64,000 nucleotides of DNA from an uncultured bacterium (GCA_963801165.1 CAWDDT010000005.1:602193-666192); one strand, 5' to 3'; shown: positions 16,738-27,960, numbered from the stretch's first letter. Translations and numbers: made by a program. Notes: generated from the letters alone by a model not told the origin.

Positions 16738-18048
16738 CTACCTCGGGTCGGTCACCTGGCCCAGGAAGAGCATCTCCCCGGTGCTGTTGTGCTCGATCCA
16801 GAACAGGAAAGGCCGGTTGGCGGTGAACGTGACCGGCTCGCCGACCTGCGCCGATGTCAGACCGACGATGAGAGCAGTGGCTGCGGCCGCCTCGGTCCCA
16901 CTCTCATCGACGCCGATGAATGTCTTGTGGAATGCATCCGAGACGTAGAGCTGCTCGGCGGTGGTGATCCCGCTGAGATCCGCCGCCGTGGGGTCGAACG
17001 CCTGGACCATCCCCAGCTCTTCAAGCGCCTGCTTGAGAGGGACGTCGGAGTCGATCTGGAACGAGGGCACGGACACGTTGACCTCGGCGCTGTCCCAGGC
17101 AATGGCGAGATCAGCGGCCGTGAGCTTGTCGACGAGGTTGGCCAGGGAGCCGTTCTTCGGGATGGCGACGACCATCGAGGCATCACCCGAATACGGCAGC
17201 CGGACTGCTGCGAACAGGTCGTTCGACGCGTACTCGGTGTGGATGGTCTCGTGCATCATCGGCACCGTCACCTCTTCACCACCGGTCAGGGTGAACGGGT
17301 CGTTCGTTGTCGAATCCTTTGCGAACTGGGTTTCCCAGTTGGCGTAGAACCAGATGGCGTTGACCAGTGCCAGCCGGGTGCTTGGGTCGATTGCTCCCTC
17401 GGGGACCAGATCCTTGATCCGCTCCTCCGTGGCGTCCTCGACCCAGGAATTGATGGCGTCCCTCGCCGCCTCAGGGTCACCACTGAAGTCCACCAGCCGC
17501 AGCCCCGCGCCGTACTGGGATGCCAGGACCTCGAGGTAGTCGTCGAGGAACGGGAAGCCGCCCTGACCCCAGGCCGAGTTGGCCGGGTTGATGGTGAACG
17601 GCTGTCGCTCGTCGTCCGGACCCGCCGGTTCCGGCGCGGCGCTCAGGGCTGTCTCGATGGCGTTGCGAACCGCATGCAGCGTGTCATCCGGAACGTCGAG
17701 GTGGAGCACTGCCGCGATCTCCTCTGCGGTGGTGCCTTTCGCCCCCGGGTACAGCATGCTGAGAGCGGTGGCAATCGAGTACGGCGAGAGCATCAGGTTC
17801 TCGCCGCCGGCAGTCGCCCGCAAGAGGTCGAGCCCGAAGGCGGCGTCACCGGCGGTTACTGCGGCGATGTCGGCCTCGGTTGCCGAAGGCGTGGCGCGGG
17901 GCACATCAAGACTTGCCAGCTCACCCTTCTGGAACGGGATGGTCGATGCTGTGGGCTGGGGGCTGGTGGTGGTTGGGGCCGACCGGCCGGTGGACCCGCA
18001 TCCGGCGACCAGCAGTACTGCGGTGGTCAGGATTACCAGGCGACGCAC
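16738..18048 (-). CDS. Serpin-family serine protease inhibitor, lipoprotein
   Basis: Lipobox VAGC; NLMLSPYSI, LVNAIWF..W, hinge ESGTEAAAAT, FTANRPFLF. Confidence 0.93.
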   Translation of the reverse strand: MRRLVILTTAVLLVAGCGSTGRSAPTTTSPQPTASTIPFQKGELASLDVPRATPSATEADIAAVTAGDAAFGLDLLRATAGGENLMLSPYSIATALSMLYPGAKGTTAEEIAAVLHLDVPDDTLHAVRNAIETALSAAPEPAGPDDERQPFTINPANSAWGQGGFPFLDDYLEVLASQYGAGLRLVDFSGDPEAARDAINSWVEDATEERIKDLVPEGAIDPSTRLALVNAIWFYANWETQFAKDSTTNDPFTLTGGEEVTVPMMHETIHTEYASNDLFAAVRLPYSGDASMVVAIPKNGSLANLVDKLTAADLAIAWDSAEVNVSVPSFQIDSDVPLKQALEELGMVQAFDPTAADLSGITTAEQLYVSDAFHKTFIGVDESGTEAAAATALIVGLTSAQVGEPVTFTANRPFLFWIEHNSTGEMLFLGQVTDPR

Positions 18049-18129
18049 TATGTCCACCTTTCCGGGATCTGCGACGTGCTCACCGTTTTGGACGCTGTGT
18101 GCCACCGTCGGGGTTCCCGCAGGGGGCAG

Positions 18130-18609
18130 CTATTCGATCACCGTACGAACGCGCCCGGTGGCTACGTCGAAAATCATGCCCGTGATTCGTTCCCTGTAGG
18201 GAAGGAGTGGCGTCGAGCGAAGCTGTGCGACACCCCGGGCCAGCTCCATCTCCAGATCCGTGAAGTCGTGGACGTTGAAGCCGATACGCTGACCGGTCTC
18301 CGCTTCGAGCCGCTGCTTCTCGGTGGTGGCCGGATAGGCCAACGCTCCGCAATCAGTGTGCATGATGACAACGACCTGGTCGGTGCCGTAGTACTGCGAG
18401 ACCATCAGTGAGCGGATCGCATCATCCGACACCACGCCGCCACCGTTGCGGATGACGTGGTAGTCGCCGGGGGCGCCGCCGAGGATCAGCTCGGGCTGGA
18501 TGCGCGAGTCGATACAGGTGAGGACTGCGGCGTGTCGCCGCGGTGCCCTGGGGAGACCGCCCCCTGCTGCTGCACGGGCCTGACGGATCAGATCTTCGCT
18601 ACCGGTCAT
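18130..18609 (-). CDS. Beta-class carbonic anhydrase
   Basis: CIDSR, RNGGG, HTDCG zinc motifs. Confidence 0.9.
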   Translation of the reverse strand: MTGSEDLIRQARAAAGGGLPRAPRRHAAVLTCIDSRIQPELILGGAPGDYHVIRNGGGVVSDDAIRSLMVSQYYGTDQVVVIMHTDCGALAYPATTEKQRLEAETGQRIGFNVHDFTDLEMELARGVAQLRSTPLLPYRERITGMIFDVATGRVRTVIE

Positions 18610-18619
18610 GGCATCAATC

Positions 18620-19300
18620 CTAGAAGCGGCGTTGCCCACCCGCGAAGGGCGGTTCGGAGCCTGCCCGGAACTCGTCGATGTTTGGCCCGCCCAGCGCGTT
18701 GCGTCGTTCGACGCCAATCCTGTAGGTGAAGTACAGAAGGGGAAGGATCGTCGGCCACGAGGTCACCGTCTTCCAAACGGCAAGGATTGCCGGCTGCTCG
18801 TTGAGGTAAAGCCACAGCGAGACGCCGCCCCGCACCGCGAAATAGGCGAACCAGTACCACGACACAAAGCTGTAGGCGGGACGCACGTCGGGCCGCCAGT
18901 ACCAGCGGAGCGGCCAGCGCCGGTATGCCCAGCTCGTCCAGGCAGCCAGCGGTCGTTTGACGAGAATCGAGAGCAGGGTTCCGAGCGCCCAACCGCCCGT
19001 CGAGACGATGCCTGGGAGGAAGTAGTCCTCCGCTCTGCCGGAGCGGACCGCCAGAAAAGCTGCGAGGACGACGGCCGCGATCCCCGCGATGGCGTAGATG
19101 ACCTGCTGCCCGCGTTTGATACGCCAGATCGCGACAACCGACCCCGCCGCGATAGCCAGAAATGCGCCGAGACGCACATTCCACAGGGCGTTCACGGCGA
19201 CAAATAGCAGCGGGGGCGCAAACGAGTCCCCGAGGGTGCGGTCGCCGACAAAGAGGCTCCGGATCTCCTCGCGGATGTCGTCGCTGACGGTATCGGTCAC
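18620..19300 (-). CDS. DUF3159-family membrane protein
   Basis: Multi-TM; SGRAEDYFLPGI, SILVKRPL; likely leaderless GTG. Confidence 0.75.
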   Translation of the reverse strand: MTDTVSDDIREEIRSLFVGDRTLGDSFAPPLLFVAVNALWNVRLGAFLAIAAGSVVAIWRIKRGQQVIYAIAGIAAVVLAAFLAVRSGRAEDYFLPGIVSTGGWALGTLLSILVKRPLAAWTSWAYRRWPLRWYWRPDVRPAYSFVSWYWFAYFAVRGGVSLWLYLNEQPAILAVWKTVTSWPTILPLLYFTYRIGVERRNALGGPNIDEFRAGSEPPFAGGQRRF

Positions 19301-19544
19301 AGCAGCAGGGTATACCTCGTTCGCTCCCACGGGGGAGGAGGAATTCATCCTCCCTCTGGGAGGATCGACGGGCGCGGAGACCAGGTCGAGGTGGGCCTTG
19401 CGAATCGGCCCAGACCCGTAAGAGGTGTGCAACCCAGATCGTTCAGAAAGCTGCTGAGATCGACCCCTTCGCCACCAAAGACGCTTGCATCCCGTGGATT
19501 GAGGATTTCGACGGAACCGGCCCCGTGCGCCTTGCTCGAATTAA

Positions 19545-19558
19545 TTGACTAAAGTCAA
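19545..19558. promoter_or_regulatory. Palindromic MarR-type operator TTGACT-AA-AGTCAA
   Basis: 5 nt before the marR-GNAT start. Confidence 0.6.
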
Positions 19559-19563
19559 GCATT

Positions 19564-20445
19564 ATGGTCTCACCCCTGATGCAGCTGCGGTCTTTCAACC
19601 GGAGCTTCACGCGGCAGATAGGCGTGCTCGACGACAGCTTCCTCGGGCGAGGAAGGCCGCTCAGCTTGGCGCGTCTCATTTTCGAGATCGGGTTACACGG
19701 TCGGCCGGTAGCCGAGCTGCGTGACGCTCTCGAGCTGGACGCGGGATATCTGAGCCGCATGTTGCATGCTCTGGAGGAGGACGGGTTGGTCGAGCTGGTC
19801 GACGACAGCAGCGACCGGCGGCGGCGGATCGCCGTCCTGACTCGCAAGGGTGCCGCCGAATGGCGCCATCTCGACAACAGCTCGGACGCGGCCGTACAGG
19901 CGATCCTGGCACCGCTAACGGAGAGACAGCGAGAGCTTTTATCCGACGCTCTCGCCACCGCGGAGAAGCTGCTGACCGCAGCCACCGTCCACTTCGACGA
20001 GATCGAGGTAACCCACCAGACGGCGCGCTGGGCCATCGATCGATACTTCTCGGAGCTCGATACAAGGTTCCCAACCGGGTTCGACGGGAATGCTTACCGC
20101 GACGAGGACGCCGAGAAGCTGCGGCCACCCGACGGGCATTTTGTCGTCGTGCGCAGCGACACGAGAACGCTCGGATGCGGTGGGGTGCAGACTCTCGAGC
20201 CGGGTCTGGGAGAGATCAAGAGAATGTGGATCGAGCCGTCGATGCGCGGTGCGGGGCTGGGGCGAAGGCTCCTCGAGCACCTCGAGGATCGGCTCGTAGC
20301 AATGGGCAACAGCGTCATCCGGCTCGACACGAACAGTGTGCTGACAGAGGCGCTCGCGCTCTACCACTCGAGCGGCTACGTCGAGATAGAGCGCTACAAC
20401 GACAACCCCTACGCCCGCCACTGGTTCGAGAAGCGGTTCGGCTGA
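19564..20445 (+). CDS. Bifunctional MarR wHTH / GNAT acetyltransferase
   Basis: LDAGYLSRML..LE..GLV, DRR; EIKRMW...RGAGLGRRLL...LDTN. Confidence 0.9.
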   Translation: MVSPLMQLRSFNRSFTRQIGVLDDSFLGRGRPLSLARLIFEIGLHGRPVAELRDALELDAGYLSRMLHALEEDGLVELVDDSSDRRRRIAVLTRKGAAEWRHLDNSSDAAVQAILAPLTERQRELLSDALATAEKLLTAATVHFDEIEVTHQTARWAIDRYFSELDTRFPTGFDGNAYRDEDAEKLRPPDGHFVVVRSDTRTLGCGGVQTLEPGLGEIKRMWIEPSMRGAGLGRRLLEHLEDRLVAMGNSVIRLDTNSVLTEALALYHSSGYVEIERYNDNPYARHWFEKRFG

Positions 20446-20449
20446 CGCC

Positions 20450-21757
20450 CTATGTCGCCGTGACCTCAGCCGGGAGACTCGGCTCGGCGGCCACCACCGG
20501 GGGCAGGGTGACGGTGAACACGGTCCACCCGTCCCTGCGACCGTATTTGAGGTCACCACCCATCAACCGGGTGAGGGTACGCGACACCGCCAACCCGAGA
20601 CCGATGGATCCGCGCTCTTCTTTCGGGGCGTGGGCCCGCTGGTAGGGCTCGAAAATCCGTTCGGCATCGCCGGCAACGATGCCGGACCCGTTGTCTGCGA
20701 CCTCGACATAAGGGCGTCCCGACTCCTCGCCGATGGTGACCCGGATCGTCTTCCCGCCGTAGCGCGCTGCATTGATCAGCAGGTTCCGGACGACCTGCTT
20801 GACACGTACAGGGTCGGCCAGCGCTCTGGCGTCTCCGCTGACCAACTCGACCCGACCATGGACAGCGGTCGTGACACCGACTGTGTCGGCGGCCAGGGGG
20901 CCTAGAGCCAGGTCCTTGGGAAAGACAGCGACCTCCCCGATATCGGACCTGGCTGCGACGAGTAGGTCCTCGACTATGCGGGCGACCTCATCCGCTTCGC
21001 TGGCGATCATGCGGTGAAACTCCTGCAGGTCCTCGGGAGAGAAGCGCGCCGTCGGCGACCCCAGTTCGTGGGCCAACCCGATTACTGCAGTCAGCGGCGT
21101 ACGCAACTCATGAGAGACAGATGCGACGAAGCGGTCCTTTGACTCGATGAGCTGTTCCAGCCGGGCGTTGCTGACACGGAGCGCATGCGCCGCCTGGCTT
21201 CTCTCCTCCTCGGCTCTGCGAAGCTCGGCGATGACCTTGGCGACGACGAGCGTGATCGCACCGGCGAAGAACGTAACCGACGAGATCTCGATGATGACGC
21301 GGGCCCGCGGTTCAAATGGAGCATTGAAGCCCTCGCGCATCCACCAGAGGCTGAAACCGATCCAGGTGACCGCGAACAATCCCACCCATTTGACGTTGCG
21401 ACTCGATACGAGCACCGAGGCGACCACAGCGTAGAAACAGAAGGCGGTGGCGGTAACAACGGGGATGCTCATGGTGAGGGTGGCCAGGGCGATTCCCGCA
21501 CCGTCGATGAGCAGCGTCATTCCGCCGGGATCCTGCCGGTGTCTGCGCACATAGAAGGCGTGCAAGAACGATGCGGCAGCCGCGATCTGAACGCCCGGGC
21601 CGCGTGGAAATCCGGTAACGAAACCCACCGCCATCGAGATCACAACAGCCGCTGTCATGATGCGAAGCCGGATCTGCTCGTAGAACAGCGCGAGGTCGGA
21701 CCGGGTGGCACTCTGCGTGCCTGGTCGAACCGGCCATGACTCGGTGTCGGCTTCCAT
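20450..21757 (-). CDS. Membrane sensor histidine kinase (orphan)
   Basis: SHELRTPL, NLLINAARY, DNGSGI, GLGL; about six TMs. Confidence 0.9.
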   Translation of the reverse strand: MEADTESWPVRPGTQSATRSDLALFYEQIRLRIMTAAVVISMAVGFVTGFPRGPGVQIAAAASFLHAFYVRRHRQDPGGMTLLIDGAGIALATLTMSIPVVTATAFCFYAVVASVLVSSRNVKWVGLFAVTWIGFSLWWMREGFNAPFEPRARVIIEISSVTFFAGAITLVVAKVIAELRRAEEERSQAAHALRVSNARLEQLIESKDRFVASVSHELRTPLTAVIGLAHELGSPTARFSPEDLQEFHRMIASEADEVARIVEDLLVAARSDIGEVAVFPKDLALGPLAADTVGVTTAVHGRVELVSGDARALADPVRVKQVVRNLLINAARYGGKTIRVTIGEESGRPYVEVADNGSGIVAGDAERIFEPYQRAHAPKEERGSIGLGLAVSRTLTRLMGGDLKYGRRDGWTVFTVTLPPVVAAEPSLPAEVTAT

Positions 21758-21789
21758 GGTTTCTCAATCGGTTCGCTCCGGGCGGGGCT

Positions 21790-22434
21790 TTAGCCGCTGC
21801 CGGGATAGTCGACCACGAAGTCCGCATTGCGGCGCGAGCCGGCGATGAGCATGGCGTTCACCTGGTCCGACTCGCGGACGTGGCGCTCGGCATGTTGCCG
21901 GGTCTTGCCGAACTCGACGTGGCGTCTGATGAGCCGATCGATCCGGACCTCCTCATCGAGGTCGAGATAAATGGTCAGGCTGAGCAGGTTGCGCAGCTCG
22001 TTCCAGGGATGGATATCGAGCAGAAGGTAGTTGCCCTCGGTCAGTACGAGCCGATCGTCCGGCGTCACCGGGATTGCCGCTGCGATCGAGTCTTCGATGG
22101 ATCGGTCGAACTGGGGCGCAAAGACGACCTCGTCCGGGCTCTGTTTGAAGATCCGGCGAATCGTTGCCACGTAGCCCCAGGCGTCGAATGTGTAATGGGC
22201 GCCCTTGCGGTGCAGCAGCTCCATCGACTCGAGGTACTTGTGTGCCAGGTGGAACCCGTCCATTCCCACGATGGGTGGGGAAGGGGTGAATCGGGCCGCC
22301 AGCTCCTCGGTGAACGTCGACTTGCCCACCCCGGGAGCGCCGGTGATGCCGACGATGCATCTCTCCCCGCGGGCAAGTCGATGTTCCAGATGCCGGGTGA
22401 GCGTGTCGATGTCGCTTTCGGCCGGTTCGGTCAC
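21790..22434 (-). CDS. P-loop nucleoside/pantothenate/fructokinase-like kinase
   Basis: GAPGVGKST, MDGFH, KGAHYTFD, EGNYLL. Confidence 0.85.
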   Translation of the reverse strand: MTEPAESDIDTLTRHLEHRLARGERCIVGITGAPGVGKSTFTEELAARFTPSPPIVGMDGFHLAHKYLESMELLHRKGAHYTFDAWGYVATIRRIFKQSPDEVVFAPQFDRSIEDSIAAAIPVTPDDRLVLTEGNYLLLDIHPWNELRNLLSLTIYLDLDEEVRIDRLIRRHVEFGKTRQHAERHVRESDQVNAMLIAGSRRNADFVVDYPGSG

Positions 22435-22462
22435 CAGGTTCCTCTTGCCGCTAGAGGCAAGA

Positions 22463-22852
22463 TTAGGACTGGTCGCGATCCAACCTCAGGGAGGCCGAAT
22501 TCATGCAGAATCGCTCCCCGGTCGGGCGGGGGCCATCGGGGAAGACATGACCGAGGTGGGCACCACAGGTGGCGCACGTTGCCTCGACACGCGTCATCCC
22601 GTGGCTGCGGTCGACGACGCGGTTGACCTTCTCAGGGTCGATGGCCTCCCAGAAGCTCGGCCAACCGCTCCCCGAGTCGTACTTGGTGTCGCTCGAAAAC
22701 AGCGAGGTGTCACAGACGACGCAGCGATATGTGCCCGGGTCTTTCGTGTTCCAGTACTCGCCGGTAAAGGCACGCTCGGTGCCTGCTTCCTGGGTCACGT
22801 TGTATTGAAGCGGGCTAAGCCGCTGGCGCAAATCAACTTCCTTGAATTCCAC
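22463..22852 (-). CDS. msrB: Peptide-methionine (R)-S-oxide reductase
   Basis: GTERAFTG, CVVC, GWPSF, HLGHVFPDGP, RFCMNS; RBS AAAGGAG. Confidence 0.95.
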   Translation of the reverse strand: MEFKEVDLRQRLSPLQYNVTQEAGTERAFTGEYWNTKDPGTYRCVVCDTSLFSSDTKYDSGSGWPSFWEAIDPEKVNRVVDRSHGMTRVEATCATCGAHLGHVFPDGPRPTGERFCMNSASLRLDRDQS

Positions 22853-23066
22853 ATTCGCTCCTTTTCGTTCATCAAGTAAACACGGCACTCGCCGTCTTTG
22901 GTCCGGGAAATGTCCGTGTTCCCAAGCTGTTAATGATCGGCTTGCCTCTGTCCTCGCCGCATCCGTCTGTGTGCGGTTGCGCTGGCGCTCGCCCTCCTGC
23001 CGGGCGGGATGTGCGGAGAATGCAGCTGATCGCACCATCCTGCGACCTGATAACCTCTCTCTACCC

Positions 23067-23160
<94 letters not shown>

Positions 23161-23173
23161 CTCGAACCCGAGG

Positions 23174-23571
23174 ACCCCATCCGGGGGGATCGGGCGGCCC
23201 TCCCGGGCCGTCCGAGGGGGCAAGGGCGCGCGGCGGTGGCCGTTGGTTTTGTCCCCCTCCCGGTCCAGCCCCTCCCTGCGGTCGGGTCTGGCCCCGCCCT
23301 CCCGCAAGGGGAGGGCTACTGCTCGCTTGACCGCCGATCGGGTGTACCAGCGGCGATTGCGGGTGAGTAGTGATCCCCCAATTCCGGGGGGATCGGGCGG
23401 CCTCCCGGGCCGTCCGAGGGGGGAAGGATCAGCGGTGGTCGCTGTCGGTTTTTCTCTTCCGGGTCGAGGCGTCAGCTGCGCTTGGCGGTCGGGTCTGGCG
23501 TCGACAATTAGTGATCCCCCCATTTCGGGGGGATCGGGCGGCCTCCCGGGCCGTCCGAGGGGGGAAGGATC
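23174..23571 (+). repeat. Three copies of a ~60-bp two-hairpin REP-like element
   Basis: GATCCCCC..GGGGGGATC-GGGCGGCC(TCCCG)GGCCGTCCGAGGGGG at about 23174, 23368 and 23509. Confidence 0.85.
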
Positions 23572-23604
23572 GGCGGCGCTCGCACCGGATTCGTAGTCGT
23601 CCGT

Positions 23605-23645
23605 ACGACAAGGAAACGGACCCGAAAGGCCCGTTTCCTTGTCGT
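23605..23645. terminator. Perfect 15-bp stem-loop downstream of the chemoreceptor gene
   Basis: ACGACAAGGAAACGG / CCGTTTCCTTGTCGT. Confidence 0.7.
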
Positions 23646-23680
23646 CGAGAGGAGTCTCGATCTGTTGTTGCCGGTACGAA

Positions 23681-25963
23681 TCAGCCGACCTGGAAGCGGT
23701 CCAGAGTCGTGATCAACTGGGCGGAGGAGTCCGATAGCTGACCGGCCTGGCCTCCCAGCTCCACTGCTGCGGCGGTTGCCTCCTCGGACGAGGCGGCAAC
23801 CTGCTCGGCCACGGCGCTGTTGGACTGAGCGAGGGCCGCCAGTTCCTTGGTGTCGTTCGCAATCTGGTGGGCGGCATCTTCGATCCGCCCGGTTGCGGAC
23901 TCAACGTTGTGCGCCCGTGTGTCGATCTCATCGACCGAGGCGGCGATCGTGCGGAAGCTCTCACCGGCCGAATCGACCACGGTGGACCCGTTCTCGATCT
24001 GGACCCTGCCGTCGTTTGCTGAGCGGACGGTTGTCGCCACTCCGGTCTTCATGTCGCCGACGATCGATGCAATCCGCTCGGTCGAGGAAGCCGATTCTTC
24101 GGCGAGCGACTTGACCTCGGAGGCGACCACGGCAAACCCGCGGCCAAGCTCACCGGCACGGGCGGCCTCGATCGCTGCGTTCAACGCCAGCAAGTTGGTC
24201 TGCTCGGCGATGGAGCGGATCAGGTCGACGATCTCCTCGACCTGGACGAACTGGCCGTCGAGAGTGGTGACCGAGTTGGATACATCACCGAATGCGTGTG
24301 TGATGGCTTCCATCGCCCTGGTTGCCTGGTCGATCAGGTCGAGACCGCTCGTGGCCTCGTTACGGGCCGTCGTCGACGCGTCGACCACGCTCCGCGATGC
24401 CTGGGCTGCGACATCTACCTCGGTGCTGATCCTGTCGACCGCCTGGAGGAGGCTGTCTGAGATGTTCGCCTGTGAGGTGGCGGCCTCGGCGACCGAGGAG
24501 ATGGCGGTGGCAACTTCTTCGGCAACCTGTGCCGACTCCTTCGAACCACCGCTCACGGAATTAGACGCTAGGTCGACGTTGCCGGCGACGGAACGGGCGT
24601 CACCGACGACCTGACGGAGCGAGGCGACCATGCGGGCTAGAGCATGTCCGAGAACGTCGCTGTCGCCGACCGGTTGGTGCTCGATACGGAGGTCACCGGA
24701 CGCAACCCGCTCCGCGGACTCGGCCGCGTAGGCCATGTATTGGACGGTACCTTCGAAGGCTACGACCATGTCGCCGAGCTCGTCATTCCGGCTCACATCG
24801 AGGTCGATGTTGGTATCGCCGGACGCCAGACGCTGCGCAGCCGCGGCGACGGTCTTGATCGGCTTGCCGAACCGTCGGGCGAACCAGATGCCTGCCCCTG
24901 CTACGAGGAGGGCAATGACGAGCGAGGTCAGGATGAGCTGCCTGGTGAGCGAGCCAACCGAAGCCAGGGCCTCGGCGGTGTCGTCTTCAACGATCAGCGC
25001 GTAGGTGTTGCCGAACACGTCAACCGGCTGGTAGGCCGACAGCGTTTGGACGCCGCGGTAGTTGGTAGAGACCTCGACGCCTGTGTCCCCGGCAAAGGCG
25101 TTGGAGACCTCGTCGGTCTCGACCTTCGTCTCGAGGATGGTGTTGTCGGATGAGAACCGGCTCTGGGTGCGCATCAAACCGTCGCTACCAACCAGGTACG
25201 CCTCACCTGTTTCCCCCAGACCCGAGGTGCTCTGCATGATCTGTGCGATCTGGTCGAGGGGCATCTGGAAGGCGAGGACGCCGACGGGCTCGGAGCCGCC
25301 GTCGTAAATCGGCGATGCTACGAAGGCAGCCGGATCACCGTTGGACGGTGCGTAGCGGGCGTAATCTGTCCAGTAGACCTCGCCCTCGGGAAGAGCCATG
25401 GCGCCGCGGTAGACGTCACCGAGACCGGTGTCGGCGTAGGGCCCGTTGATGAGGTTGGTGCCAAAGTCGTCTTCCTTGAAGACGGTATAGACACAGTTGC
25501 CTTCGGTGTCGAACAGGAACACGTCGTAGTAATCGAACTGGACCTGGAACTGGCGGAACCAGGGGTGGTAGGTGGCCGAGTCGGCGGACCAGGCGGTGCC
25601 GTCCCCGGCGTCTACCAGGTCTCCAACCGTACCCCGGTAGGCGGTCCGCACCGTGTCGGCACCGACCGCGGCGAAGCTGTCGGCGAACTCGATGAGAGCC
25701 CCCCGGGTCTGGTCGCTGGACGCGACGGTGATCGCCTGATTGGCGATCGTGTCCGAGTACCTCGTGATCGTTTCCGCCCTGCTCGCCGCAACGCCCATCA
25801 GCCCGTTGCCGGCCGAGTCGGTGAGGGCGCCCGAGGCGGCACGGACCGACATCGTTCCGGCTATGGCGATCGGGACAATGGCGGCCGCCACCACAGCTGC
25901 CGCGATCTTCATCGTTAGTGAAACGCGGTGGTCCCCAAACGCGCCCTTGATCCTCTGAATCAC
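23681..25963 (-). CDS. Methyl-accepting chemotaxis protein with dCache-like sensor and HAMP domains
   Basis: [50 protein letters not shown]; AGGAG RBS before GTG 25963. Confidence 0.92.
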   Translation of the reverse strand: MIQRIKGAFGDHRVSLTMKIAAAVVAAAIVPIAIAGTMSVRAASGALTDSAGNGLMGVAASRAETITRYSDTIANQAITVASSDQTRGALIEFADSFAAVGADTVRTAYRGTVGDLVDAGDGTAWSADSATYHPWFRQFQVQFDYYDVFLFDTEGNCVYTVFKEDDFGTNLINGPYADTGLGDVYRGAMALPEGEVYWTDYARYAPSNGDPAAFVASPIYDGGSEPVGVLAFQMPLDQIAQIMQSTSGLGETGEAYLVGSDGLMRTQSRFSSDNTILETKVETDEVSNAFAGDTGVEVSTNYRGVQTLSAYQPVDVFGNTYALIVEDDTAEALASVGSLTRQLILTSLVIALLVAGAGIWFARRFGKPIKTVAAAAQRLASGDTNIDLDVSRNDELGDMVVAFEGTVQYMAYAAESAERVASGDLRIEHQPVGDSDVLGHALARMVASLRQVVGDARSVAGNVDLASNSVSGGSKESAQVAEEVATAISSVAEAATSQANISDSLLQAVDRISTEVDVAAQASRSVVDASTTARNEATSGLDLIDQATRAMEAITHAFGDVSNSVTTLDGQFVQVEEIVDLIRSIAEQTNLLALNAAIEAARAGELGRGFAVVASEVKSLAEESASSTERIASIVGDMKTGVATTVRSANDGRVQIENGSTVVDSAGESFRTIAASVDEIDTRAHNVESATGRIEDAAHQIANDTKELAALAQSNSAVAEQVAASSEEATAAAVELGGQAGQLSDSSAQLITTLDRFQVG

Positions 25964-26095
25964 GTGTGTGCTCCTAATAGCCGATTCGGTCAACCCAGTC
26001 GGCCGTTGCTACGAGCTTGTTAGCCATCGGCTCGGTGATTTTTCTGCCCGGCAGTGGTCTCGGCAGGGTCGCAAAAGCGCTTACCCTGAGTCTCG

Positions 26096-27334
26096 ATGAC
26101 GCGTCGTGTTGTGATCGTGGGTGGCGGTTTCGCGGGGTTGACTACGGCCCAGCGGCTCGCTCGCGCCGATGTTGTGATCACCTTGATCGATCGAACCAAC
26201 TACCACCTCTTTCAGCCGCTGCTCTACCAGGTGGCGACCGGCGGCCTGTCACCGGCCGACATCGCATCTCCCATCCGCTATGTCCTGCGACGGCAAGACA
26301 ACGTCAAGGTCATCCAGGACACGGTGCGCGAGATTCGCGCCGACGAGGTCGTGACTGATACTGCGACGATCGGTTTCGATGAGTTGATCGTCGCCACCGG
26401 AGCCACTCATCACTACTTCGGCCACGACGAGTGGGAGCACGATGCACCCGGGCTGAAAACGCTGGCCGATGCCACCGGGCTGAGGGCCCAGATCCTCGGT
26501 GCGTTTGAAACGGCGGAGCGCACCGGTTGCGCCGCGCTCACGTTTCTTGTTGTGGGTGCTGGGCCGACCGGCGTCGAAATGGCCGGCGCCATTGCCGAGA
26601 TGGCTCATCACGCCCTGCGGCGCGACTTCCGTGACATCGACCCGTCCGCCGCCCGAATACTGTTGGTGGAGGCGGGGCAGAGGGTCCTGTCGGCATTCCC
26701 CGAGGACTTGTCTCGCAAGGCGGAGCAACAGCTCGTCGGCCTCGGGGTCGAGGTGATGACCGGATGGCAGGTCTCAGAAGTCGATGAGGGACGGGCGGTC
26801 CTCCGCAGTGGTGACGAGGAGCGCGTACTGAACCCCCAAGCCATCGTGTGGGCCGCCGGGGTCAAAGCCTCGAGCCTGGGTTCGGCGCTGGTGCCACTTG
26901 GCGCCACTCTCGATCGCTCGGGTCGTGTGGCGGTGAATCCCGACCTCACGATCCCCGGTCATCGCAATATCCACGTGGTCGGTGACCTGGCTGCGGTCAC
27001 CTCCGGCGGAAAGCCGGTCCCGGGAGTAGCTCCCGCTGCGATGCAGATGGGCAGGTATGTCGCCGACGTCATCCGGGGTGAGAGGTCAGGACCGTTCCGC
27101 TATCGCAACAAGGGCAACCTGGCAACGATCGGGCGCAGTGCCGGTGTTGCGGATTTCGGCAGGGTTCGCTTCTCCGGATTCCCCGCATGGGCCGCCTGGT
27201 TGGGTGTTCACATCTTCTTTCTCATAGGCTTCGAGAACCGGTTGCTCGTGATGATCCAATGGGCATGGAACTATGTGGGCAGGAGTCGTTCCGCTCGCCT
27301 GGTGATGCGCCACGAACCGGTCGAAGGAGACTGA
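26096..27334 (+). CDS. ndh: Type II NADH dehydrogenase
   Basis: GGGFAG, FQPLLYQVATG, GAGPTGVEMAG, WAAGV, PGVAPAAMQMG. Confidence 0.9.
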   Translation: MTRRVVIVGGGFAGLTTAQRLARADVVITLIDRTNYHLFQPLLYQVATGGLSPADIASPIRYVLRRQDNVKVIQDTVREIRADEVVTDTATIGFDELIVATGATHHYFGHDEWEHDAPGLKTLADATGLRAQILGAFETAERTGCAALTFLVVGAGPTGVEMAGAIAEMAHHALRRDFRDIDPSAARILLVEAGQRVLSAFPEDLSRKAEQQLVGLGVEVMTGWQVSEVDEGRAVLRSGDEERVLNPQAIVWAAGVKASSLGSALVPLGATLDRSGRVAVNPDLTIPGHRNIHVVGDLAAVTSGGKPVPGVAPAAMQMGRYVADVIRGERSGPFRYRNKGNLATIGRSAGVADFGRVRFSGFPAWAAWLGVHIFFLIGFENRLLVMIQWAWNYVGRSRSARLVMRHEPVEGD

Positions 27335-27360
27335 TCAGCCTCCCAAAATGCCCGGACGGT

Positions 27361-27960
27361 TCACACGGTGTTCGGGTCGGCGTGGTCGTCACCCTCACCG
27401 GCAAAGCGGTAGGCACCGGAGCGCAAACGTTGCGCAAAATCGATTGCCCAGTGTCGTTCGCTCTCGAGACGCGCCTCCTCGAGAAGAAAGACCTCAACGA
27501 CGTGGTCCGGCCTGTCCGGGTGGGTGGTGTATTCCTGTCGGGTGAAACGCTGTGCGTTGCCGAGACCCTCGAGGGCGTTCGCCCGGTGGTCCATCGCCGC
27601 CACTACCTCCTCGCGGGGCAGGGCCCACATGAACGAAAGGCCGGCGCGCAGGCTGGTGGGATCTGAGCTGTCGATGTCCCACAGGTGATCACGAAGGAGA
27701 ATCCGGAATTCACTCTCGCCGTCAGCGGTGAGTCGATAGGTCGTCTTGGCGGGCCGATTGCCCTCGGCGTCGGTGGCTACCTCGGTCACAAACCCGGCTC
27801 GCTCTAGGGAGCGGAGAGCGTTGTAGATGGAACCGGGGTTGATCCTCGCCCATTCGTCGGCATGCCAGGACAACAGCTCGCGACGGACGAAATAGCCGTG
27901 TACGGGTTGGAATATGCGGGTGACACCGAGCACGAGAAGACGCGTCGTATTCAAAGCCAC
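27361..27960 (-). CDS. PadR-family regulator
   Basis: HGY, PGSIYNALRSLE..G, Y.LT..G. Confidence 0.9.
   Translation of the reverse strand: MALNTTRLLVLGVTRIFQPVHGYFVRRELLSWHADEWARINPGSIYNALRSLERAGFVTEVATDAEGNRPAKTTYRLTADGESEFRILLRDHLWDIDSSDPTSLRAGLSFMWALPREEVVAAMDHRANALEGLGNAQRFTRQEYTTHPDRPDHVVEVFLLEEARLESERHWAIDFAQRLRSGAYRFAGEGDDHADPNTV

Noticed and set aside
16789-18411. 540-aa plus-strand ORF and similar long antisense ORFs (e.g. 3154-4368, 11282-12193, 41677-42603)
   Set aside because: Shadow ORFs of high-GC genes with no recognisable motifs, overlapping well-supported CDSs
23174-23571. CRISPR array
   Set aside because: Repeats are about 60 bp, spacers are long and unequal (about 140 and 80 bp), there are no cas genes, and the same motif recurs at 43.6 kb as tandem units
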